A DNA stretch of 64,000 nt, taken from NCBI GenBank assembly GCA_051294375.1, contig CM119270.1:17235381-17299380 (forward strand). The letters run 5' to 3'. Shown here in pieces: positions 1 through 11,095 of this stretch. The position numbers were made by a program, and so were the translations under genes. The DNA is from Paraspadella gotoi. Taxonomy: Eukaryota > Animalia > Chaetognatha. Position 1 is the first letter of the stretch, and each line of letters starts with the position of its first letter. The notes beneath the pieces are model-generated. The model worked only from the letters and a program-made list of their open reading frames with translations. It had not been told where the DNA came from and ran no database searches.

Positions 1-236
1 TCCTTTTTCTTTCACCTTTTCTTTCTTATTTTTCTCCCTCCATTCTCCTTTCCTTCCCCTTTTTTGGCACTTCCTTTTTTTTTTTTTCAACCTTTTTCTT
101 CCTTAACCTTCTCCCTCCATTCTCTTTCCCTTTCCATTTTCCTTATTTTACTACGCCTGCTTCCTACTTTCTTTTTTTCCTTCCTTCCTTTCCTCCCTTC
201 TTCTTCCTTCCTCCCTTTCTCCCCTTCCGATCTCAG

Positions 237-350
237 ACAACGTCCATACTTCTGAGCGAAAACGAATTGAAGGAAAGAAAATCGATTACATAGACATCGC
301 GAAGTTCCAAGTTCAGCGTTAAAGCCGACGAGAAGACCTCACAACTTCAA
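237..350 (+). CDS. PITP: Phosphatidylinositol transfer protein, internal exon (contains small indels, probably sequencing errors)
   Basis: Polypyrimidine tract, then ctcag acceptor (AG 235-236) and AA|gtgaga donor at 351. Mixed-frame translation (D)NVH-LLSENELKERK-IDYIDIAK...NF(K) matches the PITP pattern NVHxL...RxVxxIDIA...FKS. Phase-2 join to the next exon gives FKSKETGRGPL. Confidence 0.75.
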
Positions 351-784
351 GTGAGAATTGAGAGAGGGACCTCGGAAAAATGTGATTGGAGGATCGAGAA
401 TTTTTCACCGAGAGTGGGAGAGAGGGGTCCAGGAAAATGAGATGGAAGATTTTTTCACGTGAGAGCGAGATAAAAAAGAAAATCACGAGACATTCGGGTC
501 TTTAACTTCAAATCTCAATTCGTTTTCACGACGTAAGATCGTGATGGAAACTTTATGAAAGTACGTAAAAGTTCACGAGCTTATGCTTGATGGATGCATT
601 CACAGCTTTATAATTCCGAAATTTATCAACAGGAAAAAAACATTCTCGTAAGATAAGATTTTGGTAGTAATACTGTAAGTTTAAAAATCGACAACAAAAT
701 GACCAACAGCAGCGACAAACCTATATACCGCAAAAATACGACTAACGACTCCTCCAACCCCAACAACGTCAACCACCCCATCAG

Positions 785-947
785 GTCGAAAGAGACCGGT
801 CGCGGTCCCTTGAAGGAGAATTGGGAGGAGGACCGCAAGTTGCCCATCATGTGCTGCTACAAGTTGGTCACCGTCAACTTCAAGTGGTTCGGACTCCAAC
901 GGACCGTCGAGAAGATGATCCTCAAGAATCAGAAGAAGTTGTTCGCC
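785..947 (+). CDS. PITP: Phosphatidylinositol transfer protein (class I, PITP alpha/beta-like), penultimate exon
   Basis: catcag acceptor and GCC|gtgagt donor. Encodes SKETGRGPLKENWEEDRKLPIMCCYKLVTVNFKWFGLQRTVEKMILKNQKKLFA, containing the PITP motifs TGRGPL and MCxYKLVTVxFKWxGLQ. Confidence 0.93.
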
Positions 948-2077
948 GTGAGTTGGAGGACTTTACGTGTGTGGAGACGAGAGTGTGTGTGTGTGTGGGG
1001 AAGTCAGGGGAAGTGTGCGTGGGAGAGTGTGAGCGTGACGCTTGGTTGTATGCTTGAAGAATAATAAAGAGGAAAATAAGGGAGCAGAAAGGGTGGCCAT
1101 TTTACATAATACAAAACATTAATAATAACTTTTTTTTACGTGTTAACTCGTATAATAACTTTAAGCTGGCTGGCTTTCTTTCTTTCTTTCTTTCTTTCTT
1201 TCTNNNNNNNNNNNNNNNNNNNNNNNNNNNNNNNNNNNNNNNNNNNNNNNNNNNNNNNNNNNNNNNNNNNNNNNNNNNNNNNNNNNNNNNNNNNNNNNNN
1301 NNNNNNNNNNNNNNNNNNNNNNNNNNNNNNNNNNNNNNNNNNNNNNNNNNNNNNNNNNNNNNNNNNNNNNNNNNNNNNNNNNNNNNNNNNNNNNNNNNNN
1401 NNNNNNNNNNNNNNNNNNNNNNNNNNNNNNNNNNNNNNNNNNNNNNNNNNNNNNNNNNNNNNNNNNNNNNNNNNNNNNNNNNNNNNNNNNNNNNNNNNNN
1501 NNNNNNNNNNNNNNNNNNNNNNNNNNNNNNNNNNNNNNNNNNNNNNNNNNNNNNNNNNNNNNNNNNNNNNNNNNNNNNNNNNNNNNNNNNNNNNNNNNNN
1601 NNNNNNNNNNNNNNNNNNNNNNNNNNNNNNNNNNNNNNNNNNNNNNNNNNNNNNNNNNNNNNNNNNNNNNNNNNNNNNNNNNNNNNNNNNNNNNNNNNNN
1701 NNNNNNNNNNNNNNNNNNNNNNNNNNNNNNNNNNNNNNNNNNNNNNNNNNNNNNNNNNNNNNNNNNNNNNNNNNNNNNNNNNNNNNNNNNNNNNNNNNNN
1801 NNNNNNNNNNNNNNNNNNNNNNNNNNNNNNNNNNNNNNNNNNNNNNNNNNNNNNNNNNNNNNNNNNNNNNNNNNNNNNNNACACATTTTTTTTTTTCTGT
1901 GTATTTAAAAAAAAAAAAGAAAAAGTTGCTTTCAATGTATTGAGAAAACGAATCAAATGAATGAACGACCATCGTTTACCTATAGGTTCCTTCTTGCAGA
2001 GGGTACCATCGGTCCAATCGAGGTCCATGTATAACCATATCTATCTATCTATCTCTCTCTCCCCCTTATCCACCCAG

Positions 2078-2221
2078 AGGTTCAACCGGCTGGTCTTTGG
2101 TTGGATCGACTCCTGGATCCATCTGTCCGTCGATCAGATCAGAGAGATGGACACGAAGGCGAAGGAGGAGCTCGACAAGCAGAGAGAAGAGGCCGAAGCC
2201 AAGGGGACAGCGATGGAATGA
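2078..2221 (+). CDS. PITP: Phosphatidylinositol transfer protein, terminal exon
   Basis: cccag acceptor, phase 0. RFNRLVFGWIDSWIHLSVDQIREMDTKAKEELDKQREEAEAKGTAME* aligns with the PITP C-terminus FHRQLFCWxDxWxxLTMxDIR. TGA at 2219-2221. Confidence 0.9.
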   Translation, partial: RFNRLVFGWIDSWIHLSVDQIREMDTKAKEELDKQREEAEAKGTAME

Positions 2222-2401
2222 CGGCGGAAGACAGCGAAGGAATTGAGGAAGAGCGATTGGAGCAGTTGTCAAGAGGACAGATGAAGGACAGAGATGGAAT
2301 TATGGAAAGACGATTGAGGATGGAAAGATAACTATAGACATACTAAAATTGGAACGTTATGAAATTAAAATGGAATGTAATGTAATGAAAAAATGTGTAT
2401 C

Positions 2402-2407
2402 AATAAA
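2402..2407 (+). promoter_or_regulatory. Putative polyadenylation signal of the PITP gene
   Basis: AATAAA about 180 nt after the stop, followed by a GT/T-rich tract (gttgtttctttg). Confidence 0.4.
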
Positions 2408-2646
2408 AGGAAAAGCGTAATGACGTTGTTTCTTTGCGAGTAAGAAAAAGGATAAGGAATCTATCAACCAATTGTTTGTCAGTTTAATTCATATCGATCG
2501 AGTCAGTAAACAAAAAAAAAACTAAAGTTTATACCTTTTAAATCTGATTGGTTATTTTAATCTATATAAAAGTATACATCGTCGATCCTCATCGTCGTCG
2601 TCATCATCATCATCATCATCATCATCNNNNNNNNNNNNNNNNNNNN

Positions 2647-2685
<39 letters not shown>

Positions 2686-3311
2686 GGATCGTGGGCAACA
2701 CGTAGATGATTCGACGTCAGTTAATATTTTTAGTTTAGGAAATAAATAACAAAAAGTCGTCAATTTAATTTTCAATTCGCAGCTGAGATTCGAAAAAATG
2801 GCGACTGGCGACCAGCGGCCTCTTTAGGCGAAAGACGGACATTTCGGATTCGGTGGGGACGGGAAGTAAATATATTTTATATTCATTTATTGATAAATAA
2901 TTAGGAATGGAGACGAAGAACGATTGAAACAGTAAATTATTAAATTCATTCGTAATAGTAAACACAGCTGTATTTATTACTTTCACGTCTTTACTTGTAT
3001 AATGATCATCTTTGAAATTTAGTTAAAGAATTATATAAAAATCGGTCCATTTTCTTACAAAGAATTAATTAACAGAGGGTCTTTGGTTTTGTTTTTTTTG
3101 CGATTAACTAAAAGAAAGAAAAGATCAAAAAGAAACGAATAACAAATAAGATTTTTTACTCCCACATGGGTGCCGGAGGAATTCCCACCTGTGGGTGTTG
3201 GATGTGGTTGGGTTGTGGTTGGTTGTGTGGAGAAGGTCGGTGTCTGTCTGTCTGTCTGTCTGCCCTTCCGTTTAAAAGAGAAGCGATGAGAACAAAAATA
3301 AAAGGCAAAAA

Positions 3312-3377
3312 TGAGTCAGGGTCAACATGTGGAGTCAATGACGTCGAACCGGAAGTCAACGGGTTTTTTCCGGAAGT
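3312..3377. promoter_or_regulatory. Transcription-factor motif cluster (AP-1, CRE-like, two ETS sites)
   Basis: TGAGTCA 3312-3318, TGACGTC 3339-3345, and CCGGAAGT at 3349-3356 and 3370-3377, all within 66 bp. Function not demonstrated. Confidence 0.35.
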
Positions 3378-3654
3378 TTTTGACTTTTGAAAATTCTTTC
3401 GATGTGAATGTTTGGGTTGTGAGGGTAATAAGATTCTGGTGATCAACTTAGATTAGTCCGCGATTCTGTGATTCACTCTGCTCAAAAATTCACAACTCAC
3501 AAATATCGATAGCTTTCTTTCAAACAATTTCGAATATAAATTACCCCCTTTTATATTTAATTAATTATTATTATCAAAGAAAGAATTAAAAAATCAATCT
3601 TATTTTAGGTCAACTTTACCCTTACCCCTTACCCTCTTTTTTTTTTAAACTCAC

Positions 3655-3862
3655 CCCCGTTCATTTTTCCCGAGAAGGCTGCCCCGTGCCCGATGGGCGC
3701 GCCCTTCCCCGGATGTAACCCGTTGGTCGGTGGCGATGTCGAGGGCGTGGCCGCAGCTGCCGCCGCGGCTGCCGTGCCCGGCGGGCCGCCCATTGGCGCG
3801 GAGATGGGCGGAGGGAGGAAGGGGAGAAAAGTGGGGGAGAAGGGGGAGAAGGGATGGGACAT
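3655..3862 (-). CDS. Candidate GC-rich coding exon of an unidentified gene (Pro/Gly/poly-Ala rich)
   Basis: ATG at 3862, open frame MSHPFSPF...MGGPPGTAAAAAAAATPSTSPPTNGLHPGKGAPIGHGAAFSGKMNG, and a strong G|gtgagt donor at 3654. No recognisable domain. Confidence 0.3.
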
Positions 3863-4411
3863 GGTTTATGAGGGTGAGATAGAGAGGGAGAGGAAGAAAT
3901 AGAGGGAGAGGGAGAGGAAGAAGAACTTGTAGTTGAGAATCAGAGATCGTCGGGAGTTTTTTTTTCCAAGTTTTTATTTCGACGACTTTTTGAGTTCATA
4001 GAGATTAAAAGACTACTTTTTTATTTATAGGCGGTATTAAAAATGTTTTTTTTTAAATTAAGAACATTTAGTCCTTTATAATTAAAAACAGTTAATCAAA
4101 GATTAAATTGTTCGGGAGATTTCGCCGATGCGCCACTCAGATATTCCTTTTAGTTCGTCGATTTTTTCGTCGAGAAAATTTTTAATCTTGACGCAGTATT
4201 TATTTTTCTGATGAGGATAAAAGTTTCAACTTCTCTGTCTCTCGGCGAAGAGATGAAATGACTCCGTCTCTATCTCTCGCTCTCGCTCCGCGCAATTCGT
4301 CAGGCGTAACGTCCGAGAGAGAAAAAGAAGAGTAGAAACTGTACAACGAATTCGTACATTAGTTGTTTCTTTTGGGACGCGAGACGGCGAAGCGGGGCTC
4401 GCGTCGTCGTC

Positions 4412-4486
<75 letters not shown>

Positions 4487-4999
4487 AATAAAAAAAAAGA
4501 AACTGAAAATCTAAAATTCATTCTCCGATGTAGCGGCAAATATTTTTCCTCTTCCTTCTCTCATTCGATTAACTTAGCGTTTCTCCTCCTCTTCCTCCTC
4601 CCATAGAATCCCTAACGAGGAATCTTCCCCCCCGACGAATTTTAATCTACATTTACGATTTTTAGCTTTAAGAGAAATTTATTATTGTTACTCATGAGTA
4701 AATACGTTTTGCATAACAGTTCTCAAGGTTTAACAAATATTAAGATATTTTAAGAATTATAAGAATTATAAACATTATAAGAATCTTACTGGGGACACGG
4801 CAAGATGTTTATTCATTACAAAAAGCGTTTAGCATTAGATCAGATTTATTCATCAGAAGTAGTTGAGCACTTTGTTATCGTGAGACTAAACTAAGAATCG
4901 AGAATATCGTGAATAAGAAACACTGTTGATGCAAATAAAAAGAACCGGTTACAGGGAGACATTGCTTATAGTTTNNNNNNNNNNNNNNNNNNNNNNNNN

Positions 5000-5911
5000 G
5001 GGCGGATTTTGGAAAAAAGATCGAGACCGACGACGACGAACGACGACGACGACGACCACAATAAAGAAACTCCCCCCCTTACTCGATGTGAGAAACGAGA
5101 TTCGCGAGGACGAGGGTAAGTCGAGTGAGGCTCGAATCAAAAAAAAAGGTGGGGAGAGTGTGTAATTTCCCCGGACTCGGCGACTCATATAAAAAAGGAG
5201 TGAGGCCGAAGCGAGATCGTGGGTAAGTAAAGGTAAGGAAGAAAAAAAGAGGGAGGAAAGTTGTTTGTTTTGAAGTAAATAAGATTGAAAATAAAAAATC
5301 CTTATGGTTTCGATTGTTTAAAAAGACTAGGTTTACCTTTTCCTCATCCTTTTTTCCGCCTCGATTAACAACAACAGTGAATTAAAAAAAATCGGCGCTT
5401 TCACTCTTGCTCCCCTCCCTCCACTTTCCCCCCCCCCCAAACTCCGCATTTTCTTAAACGATTTCCTAAAATTAATCAAATTAACAAAAATTTTTTACAA
5501 CATTGGACATGTCAAAACATGGAAGTCAATAAGGGTATCGAGTTACAAATTTCAGGTGATATAACGAATAATTTTTTTTTTAATTTTTTTACTGACGAAT
5601 CTCTTTGCTTCGTTTTTAATACAAATAAATGTTCAAACAAACAAACTTCACTGGAGAATTGACATTTTTTATGTTTATATCTTCGAAAAAAAAAAAAATC
5701 ACTAAATTTGAGCAATAAAAAGTTTAAGACTTTTTTAGCGATAAGAAACTAAAAACGGCTTTTGGTCGTGTCACCTTATTCAGGCTAAAACAACCAACCA
5801 ACGTAATAAGCCACTTTTTATTTAAGTGACAACTTCAAATATAACACAGTATCACAATGGGAAAAAAGAAAAAGTACCTTTCTTATTCCGATTTTCTCTC
5901 TCTTTCTCCCC

Positions 5912-5988
<77 letters not shown>

Positions 5989-8880
5989 CTTCCTTCTCTC
6001 TTCTCTCTCTTCTCTGAGATCGATAAGATTTAACGCAAAGAAATGTCAATTTCTTGTTGATTTAAAAATGTTAAATCTGCGCAGAAGTTATAAACAGATT
6101 TTTTAATGTTGTAATGTATTTTGTCAATAGGAAAATACATAAATTGTTTAAAACGGACGCTTTGGATTTATTCTTTTATTACTTTGATTAATATTTTTGG
6201 CTTCATTAATCCGTCCTCCGCTGCAGCAGCAGCAGCAGCATCAGCCCTCGATGTCGTAATTCGGACGCATTCCCAGCGCAATTGAGGCGGATTCGACCAC
6301 CGAGTTAGCGGGCGGCGGCGGCGGGCGGCTGGCGGGCGGCCGGCGGCGGCGGCGCACGTTATCCGCCCTGAAATCTGAGAAATTTGTTTTTTCCAAACAG
6401 TTGATATCAATAATATTAATGGAATTGGATGTCTTCATTCATCTCCCTTTCTACTTCTTCTCTCTCTCCTCTTCCCTTTGTTTCCCCGAGCGGCCCGGAA
6501 TAAAACAAAGGAAGGATGAAAACAAAAACACGAAAAAATGGAAGAAAAAAAATTAACTGAATCAGATGATATAAGATGAAAAATCGATTGAAAAGCGCGA
6601 AACCAGTGGGACGGCCGGCCGAGATTGTTCAACGTTGTTTTAAATTTAGAAGGAATTCAAAAACTATAAATATATTTAAAAATCGTAACAATTTAATCAA
6701 ATTTAGTAAAAAATAATCAGGAAATATGAATATTTATTTAATAATAATCTATTTGCCCCTGACTTAGATGCTATGTGAGATATTATACCTTCATCCTTCT
6801 TAACAAAATAATAATAATTATAAAATTAATCCAAACTTTTCATAGGCTTGAGTTTATGTATTAAACTTTTCTTTTTTATCAAAAATAATTTACAAAGAAG
6901 AAAAATAATTAATAAAAAATGATTATTTACTTTTTTTATTTTCAATATTGTAATTTTTTTTTTTATTTATTTAAAAACTTTTTTTAATAATACGTAACGC
7001 TAGCGTCGTTTTACCACACTCACAACTAAAAAAAAATTATTATCTCAAAAAGGAAGGACAAAGTCTTTGTTCCCCGAACACACAATGACGGATTGGCAAG
7101 AGGAGGTAAGGGACAATGACGAAGCGATGGAAGAGGAACAACTGAAAAACTGAAAGGTGAGGTGGGGGGGAACCGATTTGAAATTGAAGAAAAAAGTAAG
7201 GGAACAAAAGATCAACGGATCCTATGAGAAAAAAAAGAGGAAGAAGATCTTTCCGTGTTTCGTGTGATTGGCGTTATCCGATCTTCGATCTCTTTTGCAT
7301 CCTCCCTTATCGATGCTCTTTTGCTTTTCTCGTCTCTTCCCTTTTTATTTCGCTTGTGCAACAAAATCCCAGAATCGGAAAATCAAATGCGTGCGGACTT
7401 TCGTGAGAGCCGGCTCTTTTTCTTTGTTCAAAATACCACTTTGATAACTTTTTTGTAAAAATTATTAAAATATATATATATATATAGATATATTATATTG
7501 GTTGTAACAATTTCATAAGGTTAAAGATTATCTGATGAATAGTATTTATTTATTTGTATAGATTTAAAAATATAATTATTTTGATTATTTTTTTAATTTA
7601 AATTCTAAAAAATAAGTATATACTATCTTATTCAAGTTGAACTAGTAATTTTTTTTTAAATATAAAAAATTATTTTTAATTTAAAACTTGATAAACATTT
7701 TTCACCAATAGCGCATTGAACGAAGTAAAATACCAAATTTTGTTTATTTTTTCTATTCGAGGGAAAAAGAAAATGAAAGAGAAAGCGATTTTCAGAGTAA
7801 TAATAAAGATTTAAAAGAAGATGAATGGAATGAAGACAGGGACAACATTTTGGATTCAGTTCGACCCGTCTATCCTTTTATTCTTTTCGAGGAATGTTTT
7901 CCAAAATAGGAGAAATGTTTGGAAATTTGTATCGGATAAAGAATGTTGTGTTGTTGTTATGTACGCGGTTTCGTGTTTTTGTTAGTTTATATTTAATGTA
8001 TAGTTGAAAAGAAAACAGATTTAATTATTTTTTGTTCAAAATTCCGACCTCGTCGTCACCTGGTGGATTTAATTGATTTCGAATTTCATGCTGAGAAAAA
8101 AAAAGAAAACAAAAAGACAACATCAAATAGCTTTCCAATTTTTACCCAAATGAAAATTTTTTACTTTGGCTTAATTAGCTCAAAACATGAAAACTATTAA
8201 ATTTTAAAAGTTAAAAAAATTTTCGTGTTTTCGGCGAATAATAATGAAAACGTGTTTAACGAAAATTTACTTTTTGACTTAATTTCACAAGTTTTAATTT
8301 CTTACCTTCATAAATTGGACTGGACAAAAATATCCGTTTCTTCGCCCAGAAAAAAATATTTTTCTTGGACAGTGGGCAGTGACAGTGACAATGACACCAT
8401 TGGCAATTCAGTTTTTTCTCCGGACAAAAGTGTAAATGACCGACAGATAATCGAAGGAACATTCGCCATTGGCTAATGACCACACACCGTTTATCCGACA
8501 CCAGAAATTATCTTTTGTTTGTTTCGCCTCGTTTCGATATTTATCTGCAGGGCAATGGCGGCGGGTAGTGTGGCTGGCGGGCGGCGGCTGCGGCGGCCAG
8601 GCGGCGGCGGCGCGGCGGCGGCGGCGGCGGCGGCAAGATGTCCACATCGTTACGGTCAGAGTCGTTCTCATCTCGTCTTCATTATTCGGTCGTCGTCATC
8701 TTTATTCGTCGAAATCTTCATCGTCGTCGTTCGTCGTCGTCGTCGTCGTCATTCGTCGCCGCCGGCTGGTATCATCGGGTGAAACAAAACCCAAACGATT
8801 TCATCTTTAGACGATTGTTGTTGTTGTTGTCCAAGAAAAGACTGGGGATAAATATGGCCATGAGAGAGAGAGAGAGAGAG

Positions 8881-8919
<39 letters not shown>

Positions 8920-9728
8920 GAGAGTAGGAACGAGGAGAGAGAGAGATGAAAGAAATGAAAAAGAGAAAAAGAAAGAAAGGAGGGGGGGAAAAAAAGAAAT
9001 AAACTAAAAACAAAAAACATAATATAATAGAAAGAAAGAAAGAAAGAAGAAAGAAATTTGCAACAGAAATAAAATAAAAGAAAAATAAAACGAAAAATTT
9101 AAACTAAGAAAGGGGAAAGATTAAGAAGAAAGATAGAAAAGAAGAAAGAAAAAAAGAACAAGATTAAGAAGAACAGAGAATTTAAAGTCAGCATATGTAA
9201 AGTATTGAAGCTATGTATTTTATAATCAATATTAAATTTATTCATTCATTCAATAAACATATAATTACTTTAGTAGTAAAGTTGTATCGAAATTGTGCGA
9301 CCTCGTGTGACGTTAGGGGAAATTTTACGATCCTTATATTGGTTTTTTTAAAAGTATTTACATTATATATAATACATACACAATACATATATAATTACAT
9401 ACATATATAATCGTTTTAGCCAGATGTCATCTGTAGGCAAAAAAAAGAAACGACTCAAAAAAAAAGCTTTCATCTCCTTTTTTTTTTCCTCTCACTGAAA
9501 CTCAGTCGCTGAGATCGTGGCGGATTCGGACACCAAATATTGTCAATAAACAAATGCCTTTCCTTTCCTTTCTATTTTCTTTTTACGCAATCTTGCGACG
9601 CCACGATCGTCGTTGTCATTATTCGTCGTCGTCGTCGTCGTCCCCGTCGTCGTCGTTCCGTCGTCGTCATCTGAAAAAAAAAGGGGTCATCTGTTTTTCT
9701 TATCTAATTCTTTTTATTTGTTATTCGT
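5000..9728. repeat. Left arm of a large inverted duplication (reverse complement of about 15812-20210)
   Basis: ggcggattttggaaaaaaga at 5001 mirrors ctttttccaaaatccgcc near 20195. The match continues through 6200/19100, 8600/16800 and 9700/15820, differing by many 1-nt indels. Confidence 0.9.
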
Positions 9729-10125
9729 TGTTTATCCCACTTCACCGTCTGTTCTTCGCCCTCTTCTTCGTTTTCCACCTTTTGCTTACCCCCCCCCTCT
9801 TTCCCCCCCCATCTTTTCCACTCTCCCTCCCTTCTTCCTCTCTCCTCCTCTTTTTTTTTTTTTTTTTTTCCCTTTTCCGTTTCCTTTTACCCGAACGCCC
9901 GTCTCGGGAGCAAAGAGACGTAATCGATGAAGGCGGTCATCGTCGTCGTCGTTCGTCGTTCATCGTCGTTATCGTCATGATTGTCGTTCGTCGTTCGTCA
10001 TTCGTCGTTCATTCGTCATGATTGTCACGTCGTCGTCGGTCATGATTGTGTCGTCGTCATCATTCAATTTCGTTGTCAACATTAACGGCCGTCTTAAAAT
10101 GTTTTATGTCGTGTTCGCTGTTACC

Positions 10126-10497
10126 TTGACTTGATTGAAAGGCAATCGTCAAACGAGGGACTACCTTCACTCTCAAAGCTGTCTAAGATGTTAGACTTGA
10201 GACTTGCCTTTTGAGAGGCTGCAGCCAGAATGTGTTTTAATTAGGAGTGGGGAAAGATAGAGAATGAGAGGAGAGAGAAGGAGGGAGGTGAGGGGATTGG
10301 GAAGGTGAGGAAGAGGGGGGAGGGTGACCAGGTCGGCTGGGCCTGACCCACTCCGTTTACTCAAGAAAAAAGTATCGCGGATTCCGCCTTTTCGGCCTCT
10401 TTTCCTCTCCTTGATCGCTTGAGCCTTCCCGTCTCTTTTGCCATCCGAAAGGATGTTCCGCTAGCACCGCGTGGAGGGTAGAGAGTACTGCTAGCTG
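10126..10497. mobile_element. 372-bp insertion flanked by 11-bp direct repeats (putative target-site duplication)
   Basis: tcgctgttacc at 10115-10125 and 10498-10508. Homologous flank without the insert at about 15745-15786. Confidence 0.5.
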
Positions 10498-10513
10498 TCG
10501 CTGTTACCGACGT

Positions 10514-11095
10514 CGTCTTTGTCGTCGTCGTCATCGTCGTCGACAACGTCGCCATCTTCGTCATCGTCGTCTTTTACTCTCGTCATCGTCATCTTCGTCT
10601 AGAACTTTACGAGCCGCCTTAAAAATCTTTGTTAAAATCACTGTTACAGGACGTCGTTATTGTCGTCGTCGTGGTCGTCATCGTCAGCTTTATAATCAGA
10701 CTAGACGCACGGCTTCCAGTTTCTAAAATTAAGTTCAGAAAATTGACGTTTTTGATTTAACTTCGAACGATAGCTAAACGAACCGGTTACAGGGAGATTG
10801 CTTATAGTTTTGTTGTTGTCGTTGTTGGCTCAGCTATCGTTCGAAGTTTAAATACAAAAACGTCAATTTTCTTAAACTTAATTTAGAAACTGGAAGCCGG
10901 CGTCTTGTCTGATTATAAAGATGACGATGACGACCACGACGACGACAATAACGACGTCTGTAACAGTGATTTTAACAAAGATTTTAAGGCGGTCGTAAAG
11001 TTCTAGACGAAGATGACGATGACGAAGAGTAAAAGGACGACGATGACGAAGATGGCGACGTTGTCGACGACGATGACGACGACGACAAAGACGAC
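10514..11095. repeat. Local inverted repeat with ~260-bp arms (10514-10775 and 10832-11095) and a 56-bp spacer
   Basis: cttcgaacgatagct mirrors agctatcgttcgaag, and the arms match throughout. The spacer contains the same ~32-mer that precedes the gap at 4975. Confidence 0.85.

Noticed and set aside
1102-2028. Long ORFs spanning N runs (also near 16-17, 21-22, 28.5-29.9 and 45 kb)
   Set aside because: Artefacts of translating gaps.
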